Shown: positions 22,462 through 32,227 of the stretch, piece by piece | Layout of the letters: every line of letters starts with the position of its first letter | Position numbering within the stretch: the first letter of the stretch is position 1 | Assembly: GCA_963750165.1 (NCBI GenBank) | Contig: CAVVPN010000003.1 | Location: 352,001-416,000 of the forward strand | DNA: 64,000 bases | From: an uncultured Gemmataceae bacterium | GTDB taxonomy: Bacteria; Planctomycetota; Planctomycetia; Gemmatales; Gemmataceae | Reading direction: 5' to 3' | Made by a program: the position numbers and the translations under genes | Notes under the pieces: model-generated | Told to the model about the DNA's origin: nothing | Database searches by the model: none | What the model saw: the letters and a program-made list of their open reading frames with translations, nothing else

Positions 22462-24990
22462 ATGTCCCGCGTTGATCTTCCCCGCTCGGCAGGCTTCCGC
22501 CCGTTCCTCCGCCACAGCCTCAGCCTCGCCGTGCTCCTGGCCCTGACGCTGCCGGCCGCGGCCAGCCTCCCCAAAGACCCCGCCACCCGCGCCAGGGTCA
22601 TCGGCAGTCCGACCGCCCTGCGCGTGCAACCGGCGACCATCACGCTCAACGGCCCGCGCGCCAACGCCCAGGTGGTCGTCACCGGCCACTACGCCGACGG
22701 CACCGTCCGCGACCTGACCCACTTCTGCGATCTGCAACTGGACCGGGCCGGCGTCGCCGCGCTCGACGACGACCGTTTCCTGACACCGGTGCAGGACGGC
22801 AGCGTGACGCTGGTGGTCAAGGCGGGCGGCAAGGTGGTGTCGGTGCCGGTCACGGTCAAGCACCAGGCGACGGACCTGGATGTCAGTTTTCGCCATGAAT
22901 TTATCGCGGCCCTGAACGTCGGTGGCTGCAACTCGGGTGCCTGCCACGGCACGCCCAGCGGCAAGAACGGCTTCAAGCTCAGCCTGCGCGGCTACGATCC
23001 CGCCGCGGACTACCTGCAACTGACGCGCGACGTGCTCGGCCGCCGTACCGACCGCCAGGGCCCCGAGCACAGCCTGATTTACCTGAAGGCTCTCGGCCGC
23101 GTCCCGCACGAGGGCGGCCAGCGCTTCACGGCCAAAAGCGTGCCGGCCCGCACCATGCTCGCCTGGCTCGCTCAGGGGTTGAAGGACGACCCCAGAGAAT
23201 TGCCGAAGCTGCAAAAGGTGGAAGTGCTGCCGGGCGCACGGCTGCTCAACGACCCGGTGCGCTGGCAGCAGTTGTCGGTGCAGGCCCACTACAGCGACGG
23301 CAGCACGCGCGACGTGACGCGCCTGACCGTCTTCAGCAGCAGCGACCCCGCCATTGCCGGCGTGGATGCGAACGGCCTGGTCGAGTTCGGCCAGAGCGGC
23401 GAGGTGGCGGTGCTGTGCCGCTACCTGCACGAGATGATCGCGGTGCGGCTGACGTACCTGCAACCGAAGGAAGGCTTCAAATGGAGCAATCCGCCGGAAA
23501 ATAACTACATCGATAAGCTCACCTTCGCCAAGTTGAAGATGCTGAACATTCTGCCGTCGGATCTGTGCAGCGATCAGGAGTTTTTGCGGCGTGTCTACAT
23601 GGACGTGTGCGGCGTGCTGCCGACCGCGGCGGAGGCCAGGGCGTTTCTGGACAGCAAGGATCAAAACAAGCGGGCCCGGCTGATCGACGCGCTGCTGGAG
23701 CGGCCGGAGTACGCCGACCTGTGGACGCTGAAGTGGGCGGACGTGTTCCGCAGCAACCGCAAGACGATCCAGGTGAAGGGCGTCCACGTTTTCCAGAAGT
23801 GGCTGCGGACGCATGTCGAGAAGAACACCGGCGTGGACGTGATGGTGCGTGAGCTGCTGACCGCCAGCGGCAGCACCTACGCCAACCCGCCGGCGAACTA
23901 CTACCGCATCGCCACGGACCCGACCAACCTGGCGGAGACGACGGCCCAGCTGTTCTTCGGCGTCCGCATGCAGTGCGCCAAGTGCCACAACCACCCGTTC
24001 GAGCGCTGGACGCAGGACGACTACTACAGCACTGCGGCGTTCTTCGCCCGCGTCAAGAAGCGCAAGGACCCGACCAACCCGAGCGCGGCTCCGAACCAGA
24101 AGGGCGCGGAGTACATCTACGGCGCCCGCACCGGCGAGGTGATTCACCCGCGGACGCAGCAGGCGGCGGTGCCGCGCTTCCTCGGCGGCGTGACGCCAAA
24201 AATCCTGCCCGGTCAGGATCGCCGTGAGGTGCTCGCCAAATGGATCACGTCGGCGGACAACCCGTTCTTCGCGAAGTCGGTGGCAAACCGGCTGTGGTAT
24301 CACGTGCTGGGCCGCGGCATCGTCGATCCGGTCGATGATTTCCGCGACTCCAACCCCAGCGCCAACGACGACCTGCTTGATGCGCTGGCGAAGGATTTCG
24401 CGACTCACAAGTTCGACGCCAGGCACCTGCTGCGGACGATCCTGAACTCGCGGACGTACCAGCTCAGCGCCCAGAGCAACGACTTCAACAAGGACGACAA
24501 CAAGTATTTCTCGAAGGCGGTGACGAAACTGCACACAGCCGAGCAGTTGTTCGACGCGCTCTGCGCGGTGACGGACGTGCCGGAGAAGTTCGCAGGGCTG
24601 CCGCTGGGCACGCGGGCGGTGCAGCTGCCGGACGGCGAGGTGAACCACCCGTTCCTGAAGACGTTCGGCCAGCCGGCCCGCGAACTGGCCTGCGAGTGCG
24701 AACGCGAGGGCGACAGCAACCTCGCCCAGGCGCTGCAGCTCATCAACGGCCCGGCGGTCAACGACCGGCTGCGCAACGCCAACAACCGCATTGGCAAGGT
24801 GCTGGCGAAGAAACTGTCAAGCCGTGAGACGTTGAACGAGCTGTACCTGGTGACGCTGTCGCGGCTGCCGAACGAGGCGGAGGCCAAGGCGTCGCTGGAG
24901 CACGTCGAGCGGGCCATGAACGCCCGGCTGGCGTGGGAGGACGTGCAATGGGCGCTGATTAACTCGAAGGAGTTTTTGTTCCGGCATTAA
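22462..24990 (+). CDS. Planctomycete DUF1549/DUF1553 protein with Ig-like repeats
   Basis: GCNSGACHG, N.ID..., FLRRVYMD, CAKCHNHPFERWTQDDYY, GRGIVDPVDD, CECER, C-terminal EFLFRH. Confidence 0.92.
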   Translation: MSRVDLPRSAGFRPFLRHSLSLAVLLALTLPAAASLPKDPATRARVIGSPTALRVQPATITLNGPRANAQVVVTGHYADGTVRDLTHFCDLQLDRAGVAALDDDRFLTPVQDGSVTLVVKAGGKVVSVPVTVKHQATDLDVSFRHEFIAALNVGGCNSGACHGTPSGKNGFKLSLRGYDPAADYLQLTRDVLGRRTDRQGPEHSLIYLKALGRVPHEGGQRFTAKSVPARTMLAWLAQGLKDDPRELPKLQKVEVLPGARLLNDPVRWQQLSVQAHYSDGSTRDVTRLTVFSSSDPAIAGVDANGLVEFGQSGEVAVLCRYLHEMIAVRLTYLQPKEGFKWSNPPENNYIDKLTFAKLKMLNILPSDLCSDQEFLRRVYMDVCGVLPTAAEARAFLDSKDQNKRARLIDALLERPEYADLWTLKWADVFRSNRKTIQVKGVHVFQKWLRTHVEKNTGVDVMVRELLTASGSTYANPPANYYRIATDPTNLAETTAQLFFGVRMQCAKCHNHPFERWTQDDYYSTAAFFARVKKRKDPTNPSAAPNQKGAEYIYGARTGEVIHPRTQQAAVPRFLGGVTPKILPGQDRREVLAKWITSADNPFFAKSVANRLWYHVLGRGIVDPVDDFRDSNPSANDDLLDALAKDFATHKFDARHLLRTILNSRTYQLSAQSNDFNKDDNKYFSKAVTKLHTAEQLFDALCAVTDVPEKFAGLPLGTRAVQLPDGEVNHPFLKTFGQPARELACECEREGDSNLAQALQLINGPAVNDRLRNANNRIGKVLAKKLSSRETLNELYLVTLSRLPNEAEAKASLEHVERAMNARLAWEDVQWALINSKEFLFRH

Positions 24991-25058
24991 CCGGGCGCTG
25001 CTTATCTACCGCTTGCGGCGTAGCGCTCTTCCGCTACGCCGCAAGCGGCAGAAAAAAG

Positions 25059-25346
25059 CTGACCGTCACGGGTTGTGGGGCGGGCAATCTCAACTGGGCC
25101 GATCTTTACGCCGAAGGCGTGTTATCCCAGAGCCCAGGGTCGCGCAGCGCACCCTGGGAACCCGATGCCTCGAGGGTGCCCCTACGCCGAAGGCGTTGCA
25201 TCGCGCCAGCGGACGTGTGATGGAACCCCTTCGGGGTACGGGCGTTGGGGCCGATTGAGTCTCCCAGGGTGCGCTGCGCGACCCTGGGCTCTGAGATAAC
25301 ACGCCTTCGGCGTAAAAAACCCCGCCCCACAATCCGTGACGGTCAG
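25059..25346. mobile_element. MITE with 26-bp TIRs and 8-bp target-site duplication, enclosing a REPIN-like palindrome
   Basis: TIRs CTGACCGTCACGGGTTGTGGGGCGGG / CCCGCCCCACAATCCGTGACGGTCAG; GAAAAAAG on both sides (25051-25058, 25347-25354); inner inverted repeat 25105-25316. Confidence 0.85.
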
Positions 25347-25417
25347 GAAAAAAGACCTCCACTTCCACGTCGCGTATTCACTTCTGCAACGGCGAGCGCA
25401 GCGACCTGTCTCGTTGC

Positions 25418-25675
25418 TCACGCTTCCGGCTCTGGTGTCGAATCCGGGCCGTCAGCCACCGCCTCCAGCGACTCCTCGGGCAGTTCGGTGGTGTGTTCGT
25501 TCCACGGGTCCACACGCACTTTCACGCCATAGAGTCGGCGACCGCCGATGCCGATGTTGCCGCGATCCTCGATGACCTCGGCGATCAGCCCTTTGAACCA
25601 GTGCTTGGGACGCACTCGTTGGCCGACCCGGAATTTACCGGGGGGTTGGCCGGGAACTTGCATCAGGGGGTTCAT
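25418..25675 (-). CDS. Small SH3/KOW-like protein
   Basis: KFRVGQRVR...AEVIEDRG...LYGVKV...ELPEESLE; RBS GGGAGAA; directly downstream of the HEPN gene. Confidence 0.65.
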   Translation of the reverse strand: MNPLMQVPGQPPGKFRVGQRVRPKHWFKGLIAEVIEDRGNIGIGGRRLYGVKVRVDPWNEHTTELPEESLEAVADGPDSTPEPEA

Positions 25676-25689
25676 ACACGTTCTCCCGT

Positions 25690-26270
25690 TCACCAGGGGG
25701 CGCTGCCGGTGAGCGACTCCACGTAATCCCGTAACACCTCGTCGAACGAACGCGCCAACCCGTCACACGCTTTGCGCCACACTCGAACGCCTGCCAGGGT
25801 CAGGTGCGGCCGTCCTGCTTGCACCATCGCCGCGGTGAAATCCTGATGGGCAATCGCGTTCCGCCATTCATTCAGTTCTTCCAGGGCCAACCGTCGGCCG
25901 GGGTTTTTGGCATCACGAACGTCAACCATCGACCAGAATACCAGACCGAACCGGGTGAAATCGATGCCGAGGTTGCCGGGGTTGGGGTTGCCACGGTCAA
26001 TCCGCCGCCCGAACAGGAGGTTCTCGCGCAACATTTCTCGAAGGTCTGGGTCGGCCACTGGCGCCACAAAATATTCGGCGCACTCCGAGTGCAAATCGCG
26101 GCAAAAACCTTGAAACTGTGCGGACAGCAGCATGGCATAGGCCTGGTTGATCTGCTGCGTTGCCGCCCGCGCCCCGGACCGGACCCGCGCACCGAGCGGT
26201 GTGCGTTCTCGACATCGGCCAGAGTCGCTGCCCGCTCGGCAAACCATTTTCGCAGGGAAGACGATGGCAT
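25690..26270 (-). CDS. HEPN-domain protein (RiboL-PSP-HEPN/MAE_28990-like), frameshift near 26170
   Basis: RBS GAGGAG; MPSSSLRKWF...SGPG joined to ARAATQQINQAY...SAQFQGFCRDL...WRNAIAHQD (RxxxxH). Confidence 0.75.
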
Positions 26271-26503
26271 CCGTGCTCCTCATTCGTCGCCGCCGATGTC
26301 TATACCTCCAGTGATTATTTCCGCGCCCAGCGGACGGTCAAGCACAATTCCTTGTCTGCGGGGGAACGTCAGGGGGATCGGAAGTCGCGACGGTGATTTC
26401 AGAAATCGCCATCGTGGCTCCCGATTCCCTTGCCACTCCGGAGCATGTATCCAAAATCACTACAGCCCACCGTTGACCACTTTATAGACGCGGAGGGCGT
26501 ATC

Positions 26504-27694
26504 ATGGCACAAACCCATTTCTGTAACGGTACTGTCATCCTGCCCGACCGCCTGTTGCCCGACGTCACCGTCACCGCCGCGGAAGGCCGCATCCTGTCCG
26601 TCAGCCAGGCACCACCCACCGGCGACGGCGAACGCATCGATCTGCACGGCGGCTACCTCGCCCCGGGCTACGTCGATCTGCACGTCCACGGCGGCGCAGG
26701 CGCCGACTTCATGGACGGCACGGAAGACGCCTTCCGCACCGTCTGCGCCGCCCACCTGCGGCACGGCACCACCGCACTGCTGCCGACCACGACCGTCGCC
26801 CGCCACGATCAGCACCTGGCGTTCCTGGAGACGTGTGCCCGCCTGCCGGACACTGCGACCGGCAGCGCCCGCAATCTGGGAGCGCACTTCTATGGCCCTT
26901 ACTTCGCGCCGGAGGCCCGCGGCTGTCACCCCGCCGCGCCGCTGCGGCCGCCGACCGCCGCCGAGTACGAACAGTACCTCGCCTTCGCCGGCGCCATCAA
27001 CCGGGCGACGGTCGCGGCAGAGCTGCCGGGCGCCGAGGACTTCGTGCGCGCCTGTCGGTCGCGCGGCATCGGCGGCAACGTCGGTCACTCCTATGCCACG
27101 TTCGCGCAGCTGGAGGCGGCCCTGGAGTGGGGCGTCGATCACGTCGATCACCTGTTCTGCGCCATGTCCGACCGCGCTCGCCTGCGCCAGAGTCAGACCT
27201 ATCCGATGCGCGGCGGCGTCCTGGAGGCGACGTTGTACTTCGACGCGCTGACCACCGAGGTGATCGCGGACGGCAAGCACCTGCAGCGGGAACTGCTGTT
27301 GCTGGCGTACAAGGCCAAGGGCCCGGATCGGCTGGCGCTGGTGACCGACTGCAATCGGGCGCTGGACATGCCAGACGGCGAATACTGGTTCGGGCCGCGC
27401 GACGGCGGCGAGAAAATCCTGCGCCGCGCTGGCGTCGGCGTCATGCCGGATGGCAAGGCGCTGGCGTCGGGCGTCGTGGGCATGGATGAATGCGTGCGCA
27501 CCTTCCACGCGCTGACGGGGGTGCCGCTGCCGGAGGTGGTGCGCATGGCGAGCCTGACGCCAGCGCACATCGCCCGCCGCGCCGACGTACTCGGCAGCAT
27601 CGCGGTCGGCAAATACGCGGACTTGCTGGTGCTGGACCGGGAACTGCGCGTGCGACAGGTCTTCGTTGGCGGACGGCTGTGCGACGGCTGCTGA
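26504..27694 (+). CDS. nagA: N-acetylglucosamine-6-phosphate deacetylase
   Basis: PGYVDLHVHGG.G.DF, GHS, HLFCAM, IADGKH, VTD, ADL. Confidence 0.9.
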   Translation: MAQTHFCNGTVILPDRLLPDVTVTAAEGRILSVSQAPPTGDGERIDLHGGYLAPGYVDLHVHGGAGADFMDGTEDAFRTVCAAHLRHGTTALLPTTTVARHDQHLAFLETCARLPDTATGSARNLGAHFYGPYFAPEARGCHPAAPLRPPTAAEYEQYLAFAGAINRATVAAELPGAEDFVRACRSRGIGGNVGHSYATFAQLEAALEWGVDHVDHLFCAMSDRARLRQSQTYPMRGGVLEATLYFDALTTEVIADGKHLQRELLLLAYKAKGPDRLALVTDCNRALDMPDGEYWFGPRDGGEKILRRAGVGVMPDGKALASGVVGMDECVRTFHALTGVPLPEVVRMASLTPAHIARRADVLGSIAVGKYADLLVLDRELRVRQVFVGGRLCDGC

Positions 27695-27764
27695 ACGCGC
27701 CACCGCAGTGCCTGGCGGCACGGAACGCCCTGCTGGCGTGCAGGCGCGGAAGTGATGGACAGGC

Positions 27765-28799
27765 TCAGGCCACGCGCACGCGGCCAGGCTTTCCTTCGTC
27801 GCCCGCGCAAACGATGTCGCGGTCCAGGAAGCGGCGGATGACGGCGACATTGGTCAGCAGGTGCTGCGTCACCACCGCGACCGGATAGCTGGACGGTCCC
27901 TCGGCCAGCGCCAGCGGCAGCACCAGCTGGTCGGCGCTGTGAACATCCACACCGGGCGGCGCCGCGGCCAGGTACTCCTTGACCTGCTCGACCGCCTCGT
28001 CCGCGACCTTCTCGGCGCGCTTGCCGCGCTCGCCCAGCGCGAAGAACAGCGTCGGCACCGGCTGCGTGTTCAGGATCACCGCCAGCATCGTGCCGGGGCC
28101 GCCCTGCCAGCTCTCCTGGCGCACGTCCGTTTCCAGCCGGGTGTCGCGCAGCCGCTTGAGCGCCTGCCGCGCCTGTCGGTCGGCGATGTCCTCCGGCAGG
28201 CCCGCGACGGCGCTCAGGATCGTGGCTCGTCGCGGCGGCTCCGTCCGGGTGAGTTGCAGACCCTTCAGCCGCGGACAGGGTTCGATGGTCGCGTGGAGGG
28301 TGCCGCCGCCGCGCGGGTAGAAGCCGGCGCAGCGCGTCTCCAGCCCAACGCGCAGGCCGAGGAGATCCAGATAGTGCCGCCAGGTATCGTTGAGGAAGTG
28401 AAAGCAGGGGCTGTGCGGGACGTGGGTGCCGCCGGTGACGGTAACGTTGCAGACCTGGCCGCCGGCCAGGGCCAGCGGCAGGTAGAGCGTGTGCAGCACC
28501 AGTCCGGTGGCGCCGGCGGTGCCGATGCCGAAGGTGTAGTTGCCGCCGCGGACGGCGCCCGGCTCGAACACGAGGTCGGTACTGTCCTTGCTGGCGCCGC
28601 GCAGCTGGGCACCGCCGACCGACGCCGCGGCGCGGACGCTCATCAGGTGCTGCGGTTGCAGGCCGGGCCGGGACCGCCGCGCCCGGATGTGCCGCAGGTG
28701 AAACGCCTTGCCAGTCAGCAGCGCCAGCGCCAGACTGGTGCGGAGGATCTGGCCGCCACCCTCGCCGAAGGAACCGTCGAGTTCGATCATCGTGCCCAT
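27765..28799 (-). CDS. rtcA: RNA 3'-terminal phosphate cyclase
   Basis: IELDGSFGEGGGQILRTSL, PGLQPQHL, GGTHV, GFYPRGGG, DVHSADQL, HLLTN. Confidence 0.95.
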   Translation of the reverse strand: MGTMIELDGSFGEGGGQILRTSLALALLTGKAFHLRHIRARRSRPGLQPQHLMSVRAAASVGGAQLRGASKDSTDLVFEPGAVRGGNYTFGIGTAGATGLVLHTLYLPLALAGGQVCNVTVTGGTHVPHSPCFHFLNDTWRHYLDLLGLRVGLETRCAGFYPRGGGTLHATIEPCPRLKGLQLTRTEPPRRATILSAVAGLPEDIADRQARQALKRLRDTRLETDVRQESWQGGPGTMLAVILNTQPVPTLFFALGERGKRAEKVADEAVEQVKEYLAAAPPGVDVHSADQLVLPLALAEGPSSYPVAVVTQHLLTNVAVIRRFLDRDIVCAGDEGKPGRVRVA

Positions 28800-28842
28800 A
28801 CTCTCATGAGAGCACAGGTCAGCGAAAAGTTCACGAACAAAT

Positions 28843-29697
28843 TCACGGTGCAGCGGACCAGGTGGCCTGCAGCGCCAGCGGCGGCGCGACGCCAATGTCC
28901 GTGCCCTCGAAGGCCGGCAAGCCGCGCGTCGTGCGAATCACCAGCAGCCGCTGTACCCGGGCCTCCTCATCCTCCTGCGTCAGACACTGGCCGCCCAGCG
29001 ATTCTGGGTCATCGAGTAACGCTCCCACAACCACCATCTCGTTCGGCGCCAACGTCACCTCCCAGCCGAGGTCCGGATACGACTCCTGCAACTTGCGGTA
29101 CTCCAGCATCCAGCCGCGGCGGTCGGGGGCGGGGTAGATGTCCGGCACCGTCTCGCCGTGGCGGAACTGCGGCGTGAAGCGCACGGTCGTGCGGCCGTCG
29201 TCTGTCAAGGTCGGCGCCAGCACCAGGAACGGCTGCGCCTGACCGAGGACCACCGGCGTCGCCTGGCCGTCCTGGCGCAGCGTGCAGCGGCGCTCCGGCA
29301 GGGCGGGCCCCAGGGGGACGCTCTTCTGGTCGCCCGAGGCCAGCATCTGCCGCCAGCACAGGGCGCAATGGCGGCCGCTGGTCAGCAGGTTCTGCAACTC
29401 CGCCGGCGGCGCGCCGACGACATGGCCGACACGAAAGCCGTTGTCCGCCAGCAGCGCCTTGCGTTCGATGCCGACCACCTGCTCGTCGGTGCAGGCCCAC
29501 AGGCCACGGTTGACGAAGGCGTCGCCGAGCGGCCGCTCGATGACCACGATGTCCAGCAAGACGCCATCGGGCGCCAGTGTGCGGTTGGCGGTGCGGACGC
29601 GGTCCAGCCAGCTGCTCGGCCGCGCCGACTCGCTGGTGAAACAGCCGGTCAACGTGGACAGCAACAGCGCCGTCAGCCAGGCCCCGAAACGGTGCAT
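28843..29697 (-). CDS. Hypothetical lipoprotein
   Basis: MHRFGAWLTALLLSTLTGC lipobox; stop lies just upstream of rtcA. Confidence 0.75.
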   Translation of the reverse strand: MHRFGAWLTALLLSTLTGCFTSESARPSSWLDRVRTANRTLAPDGVLLDIVVIERPLGDAFVNRGLWACTDEQVVGIERKALLADNGFRVGHVVGAPPAELQNLLTSGRHCALCWRQMLASGDQKSVPLGPALPERRCTLRQDGQATPVVLGQAQPFLVLAPTLTDDGRTTVRFTPQFRHGETVPDIYPAPDRRGWMLEYRKLQESYPDLGWEVTLAPNEMVVVGALLDDPESLGGQCLTQEDEEARVQRLLVIRTTRGLPAFEGTDIGVAPPLALQATWSAAP

Positions 29698-29811
29698 GGT
29701 TGGCTTCCTTGTCGGCAAGCGCACAATATCCCCTGGAGAAGGACGCGGATAATAGCGACTGCCGGGTGGCAGTCAAGGGCAACCTGGGCGGGGCCGCACC
29801 TCTGATCGCCG

Positions 29812-29839
29812 TTGACGCGGCGGCGGAAAGCCCTAGAAT
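29812..29839 (+). promoter_or_regulatory. Sigma70-type promoter of tRNA-Ala
   Basis: TTGACG-N16-TAGAAT. Confidence 0.6.
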
Positions 29840-29857
29840 TCAAACATTCCCGAACCT

Positions 29858-29930
29858 GGGGCCGTAGCTCAACTGGGAGAGCGCAGCGTTCGCAATGCTG
29901 AGGTTAGGGGTTCGATCCCCCTCGGCTCCA
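29858..29930 (+). tRNA. tRNA-Ala (anticodon CGC), CCA not encoded
   Basis: GGGGCCGTAGCTCAACTGGGAGAGCG-CAGCG-TTCGCAA-TGCTG-AGGTTAGGGGTTCGATCCCCCTCGGCTCCA; G3:U70 Ala identity pair. Confidence 0.97.
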
Positions 29931-29935
29931 CTGAA

Positions 29936-29974
29936 ACAAGGCTTGCGAAACTTCGCAAGCCTTGTACTTTTTTT
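29936..29974 (+). terminator. Intrinsic terminator after tRNA
   Basis: ACAAGGCTTGCGAA-AC-TTCGCAAGCCTTGT followed by a T-run. Confidence 0.85.
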
Positions 29975-30007
29975 GCGCCGCGCACATCACCCTACCACAC
30001 AGCGCGG

Positions 30008-30742
30008 TCAGCGCGGCGTGCGGCGGTGCAGGGGCAGGAAGTCGTGGACGTAGACCATCAGACCAAGGTCCACGAGTTCTTCCTCCACGTCCTCCGGTTC
30101 GGGGTGGTCGAGGGTCTCGGCGATCTCCTGGACCAGTAGTTCGGCGAACTTGAGGCGCGCGCGGCTGACCTGTTTACGGAAAGCGTCGGGCCGCAGGCGC
30201 TTGCCGCTGAGTTGGCTGGCGCGCTCGGCCAGGGACTTCGAGTCCTCGCCGGGGTAGCGAGCGCACAGGCGCAGCACGGTATGGAAGAGGTTGTCCGGCG
30301 ACTGCTGCTGGTGCTTCTCCAGGCGTTTCCAGGCGCGCTGCAGCAGGCAGCGTCGCCACTGCACGATCCATTCCTGGTCGGGGAAGTTCGGCGGCTCGGC
30401 GGCGTCCGGCACGTTGAGCAGGCCGTGGTCGGTGTGGGGCGGCGGTTGCTGGCGGTTGAGGTGGTTCTGCGCGGCGTTGCGGACGGTCTTTTTCAGGTAA
30501 TCGCGGAAGCGACCGCGGTCCTGGCTGGTCCGCGGCAGGCCGTTCTGGCTGACCCACAACAGGAAGTCCTGGGCGACCTCCTCGGCGTCGTCCTTGTTCT
30601 TGATGAGGGCGTACAGGTAACGCTGGATGGGCTGGGCGTAGCGGACCACGAGGTGCGCCGGCTCGAAGACCAGCGACCAGTCGGTTTCGATCTGGTCCAG
30701 GCCGAGGTCGGGCGCCGGTTCGGGTTGTGAAGTCTGCTCCAT
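30008..30742 (-). CDS. ECF-type RNA polymerase sigma factor (planctomycete type)
   Basis: IETDWSLV...RYAQPIQRYL...DAEEVAQDF...RGRFRDYLK...FRKQVSRAR. Confidence 0.8.
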   Translation of the reverse strand: MEQTSQPEPAPDLGLDQIETDWSLVFEPAHLVVRYAQPIQRYLYALIKNKDDAEEVAQDFLLWVSQNGLPRTSQDRGRFRDYLKKTVRNAAQNHLNRQQPPPHTDHGLLNVPDAAEPPNFPDQEWIVQWRRCLLQRAWKRLEKHQQQSPDNLFHTVLRLCARYPGEDSKSLAERASQLSGKRLRPDAFRKQVSRARLKFAELLVQEIAETLDHPEPEDVEEELVDLGLMVYVHDFLPLHRRTPR

Positions 30743-30876
30743 CGCTGGTTCCCCTTCCTTCCCGCCGGCCAGGTCGGGATCGGCGACGCGCAGGGAATCC
30801 CCCGACCCGCCGCGCACACAAGCGACAGGTTGATTTTGCACCCTGCCGAGTGCAATGGCAAGGGGAGTTCGTGACC

Positions 30877-32052
30877 TCACGCCTTGAGCATCTCGTCGTG
30901 GCGCATGCCACTGGGCGGCAGGTCGGCCTTGCGGACGTTGGCCAGCGCCGCCCTGGCGCCGGCGTGCTGTTCGGCGTCGTTGTCTTCCCACTCGATGCTG
31001 ACCGCCCCGTCGAAGCCGACGCGGTTCAGCTCGATCATGATCTCCTCGACGCTGTTGGCATCGCGGGCGCTGCCGGCGGTGACGAAGTTCCAGCCGTTAG
31101 CCCAGTGGCCCATCGGCCGATGGCCGCCGAGCAGGCCGGCGCGCGTGTGCTCACGGATCACCTGCACGCCCTTGATGTGAGCGCAGTGGATGCGCTCCGC
31201 AAATTCACGGATGAACTGCACCACCGAAACGCCCTGCCATTCCATGTGCGAGCCGTCCAGGTTGAAGCCTGTCACCGACTCGTAGCCGGCCTTATCCAGC
31301 GCCTTGAGGTAGTCCGTGGCGGATTCGATGTCGCCCATGGCGCGCTCGCTGGGGTGGCACTCCAGGTCGAAGGTGACGCCGTACTTCTTGCAGGCGTCCC
31401 AGACCGGGCCGAAGCGCTCGACCAGCAAGTCAAGGCTGACCTGGCGCACGTCGGGGATGTCGTGGCCGTCGAGGCTGCCCGGCAGCGGTGGGAACAGGAA
31501 GAAGTGGCTCCAGCAATGCGCCGGCGAGCCGACGAAGCCCGGCAGTGCCACCTTGCGGTCCTGCAACTTGCCGAGGTAGTGCGCCAGCCGGACGGAGGCG
31601 AGCAGGTCCTTTGTCGCCTGCTGGTGGATCAGCTTGCCGATGTCGTCGGGGACGAAATACGGGTTGGTGCGCGGCGGCTTGTTGCCCTTGTCGCGCCACG
31701 CCTTGTACGCCAGGCGGGCCTCCGTCTTCGGGCCGAGGAAGTTGAGCGTCTTGGCGCTGGGCTCGTCGCCGAGGACCTGGCCCTGCAGATGCGTGGCGAT
31801 GGTGAAGATTTCCAGGCCGTGCCGCTTCGCCAGGTCCACGCGCTCTTTCGCATACGCCTCGGCGCCGGCGTCGGTGCCGCAGCGGTCGAGGTCGAGTTCC
31901 CAGCTGGCCTCCTCCCAGCCGTCGAAGCCGGTGTCGGCGACGAACTTGACCCACGGCTCCATCGGCGCGTTGCCGAACTGGCCGCGCACCAGGCCGATCT
32001 GGTGATATGAGCCTTTGCCGTAGCGGTGCTTGGCGGTTTGCTTGAAGCCCAT
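30877..32052 (-). CDS. Sugar phosphate isomerase/epimerase (AP endonuclease 2 TIM barrel)
   Basis: GFDGWE, LECHP, NLDGSH, HCAHIK, SIEWED. Confidence 0.85.
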   Translation of the reverse strand: MGFKQTAKHRYGKGSYHQIGLVRGQFGNAPMEPWVKFVADTGFDGWEEASWELDLDRCGTDAGAEAYAKERVDLAKRHGLEIFTIATHLQGQVLGDEPSAKTLNFLGPKTEARLAYKAWRDKGNKPPRTNPYFVPDDIGKLIHQQATKDLLASVRLAHYLGKLQDRKVALPGFVGSPAHCWSHFFLFPPLPGSLDGHDIPDVRQVSLDLLVERFGPVWDACKKYGVTFDLECHPSERAMGDIESATDYLKALDKAGYESVTGFNLDGSHMEWQGVSVVQFIREFAERIHCAHIKGVQVIREHTRAGLLGGHRPMGHWANGWNFVTAGSARDANSVEEIMIELNRVGFDGAVSIEWEDNDAEQHAGARAALANVRKADLPPSGMRHDEMLKA

Positions 32053-32227
32053 GACGCACTCTCCGCGGGGTATGCTGCTGGATGAAGTAAAGGATGGCGT
32101 TGAGGCTGACTATACGGCGGCGGCGGGGGATGGCAAGAGAATGACCCGGTGGACAGGAGTGCGTCGCCGGCCCCGGGAAGAACTCCAGGAACTCCAGCGC
32201 CTCACCCAGGGCCCCAGCTGAGCGGGC

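Noticed and set aside
14224..24648. Long antisense/alternate-frame ORFs (e.g. 14224-16551, 18615-20321, 22111-24648; also 624-2072, 36263-37912, 46013-47851)
   Set aside because: Shadow ORFs of real genes in high-GC DNA with no recognisable motifs.
25013..25421. Short ORFs across the MITE (also those over 39326-39874 and 57025-57812)
   Set aside because: They are translations of repeat DNA in several frames, without RBS or protein-like features.
25690..28799. HEPN-RtcA RNA damage/repair operon
   Set aside because: nagA intervenes on the opposite strand and there is no rtcB or rtcR, so adjacency alone is insufficient.
29858..29930. tRNA-Ala as an integration site of an island
   Set aside because: No duplicated tRNA 3' end or integrase was seen, and a normal terminator follows.
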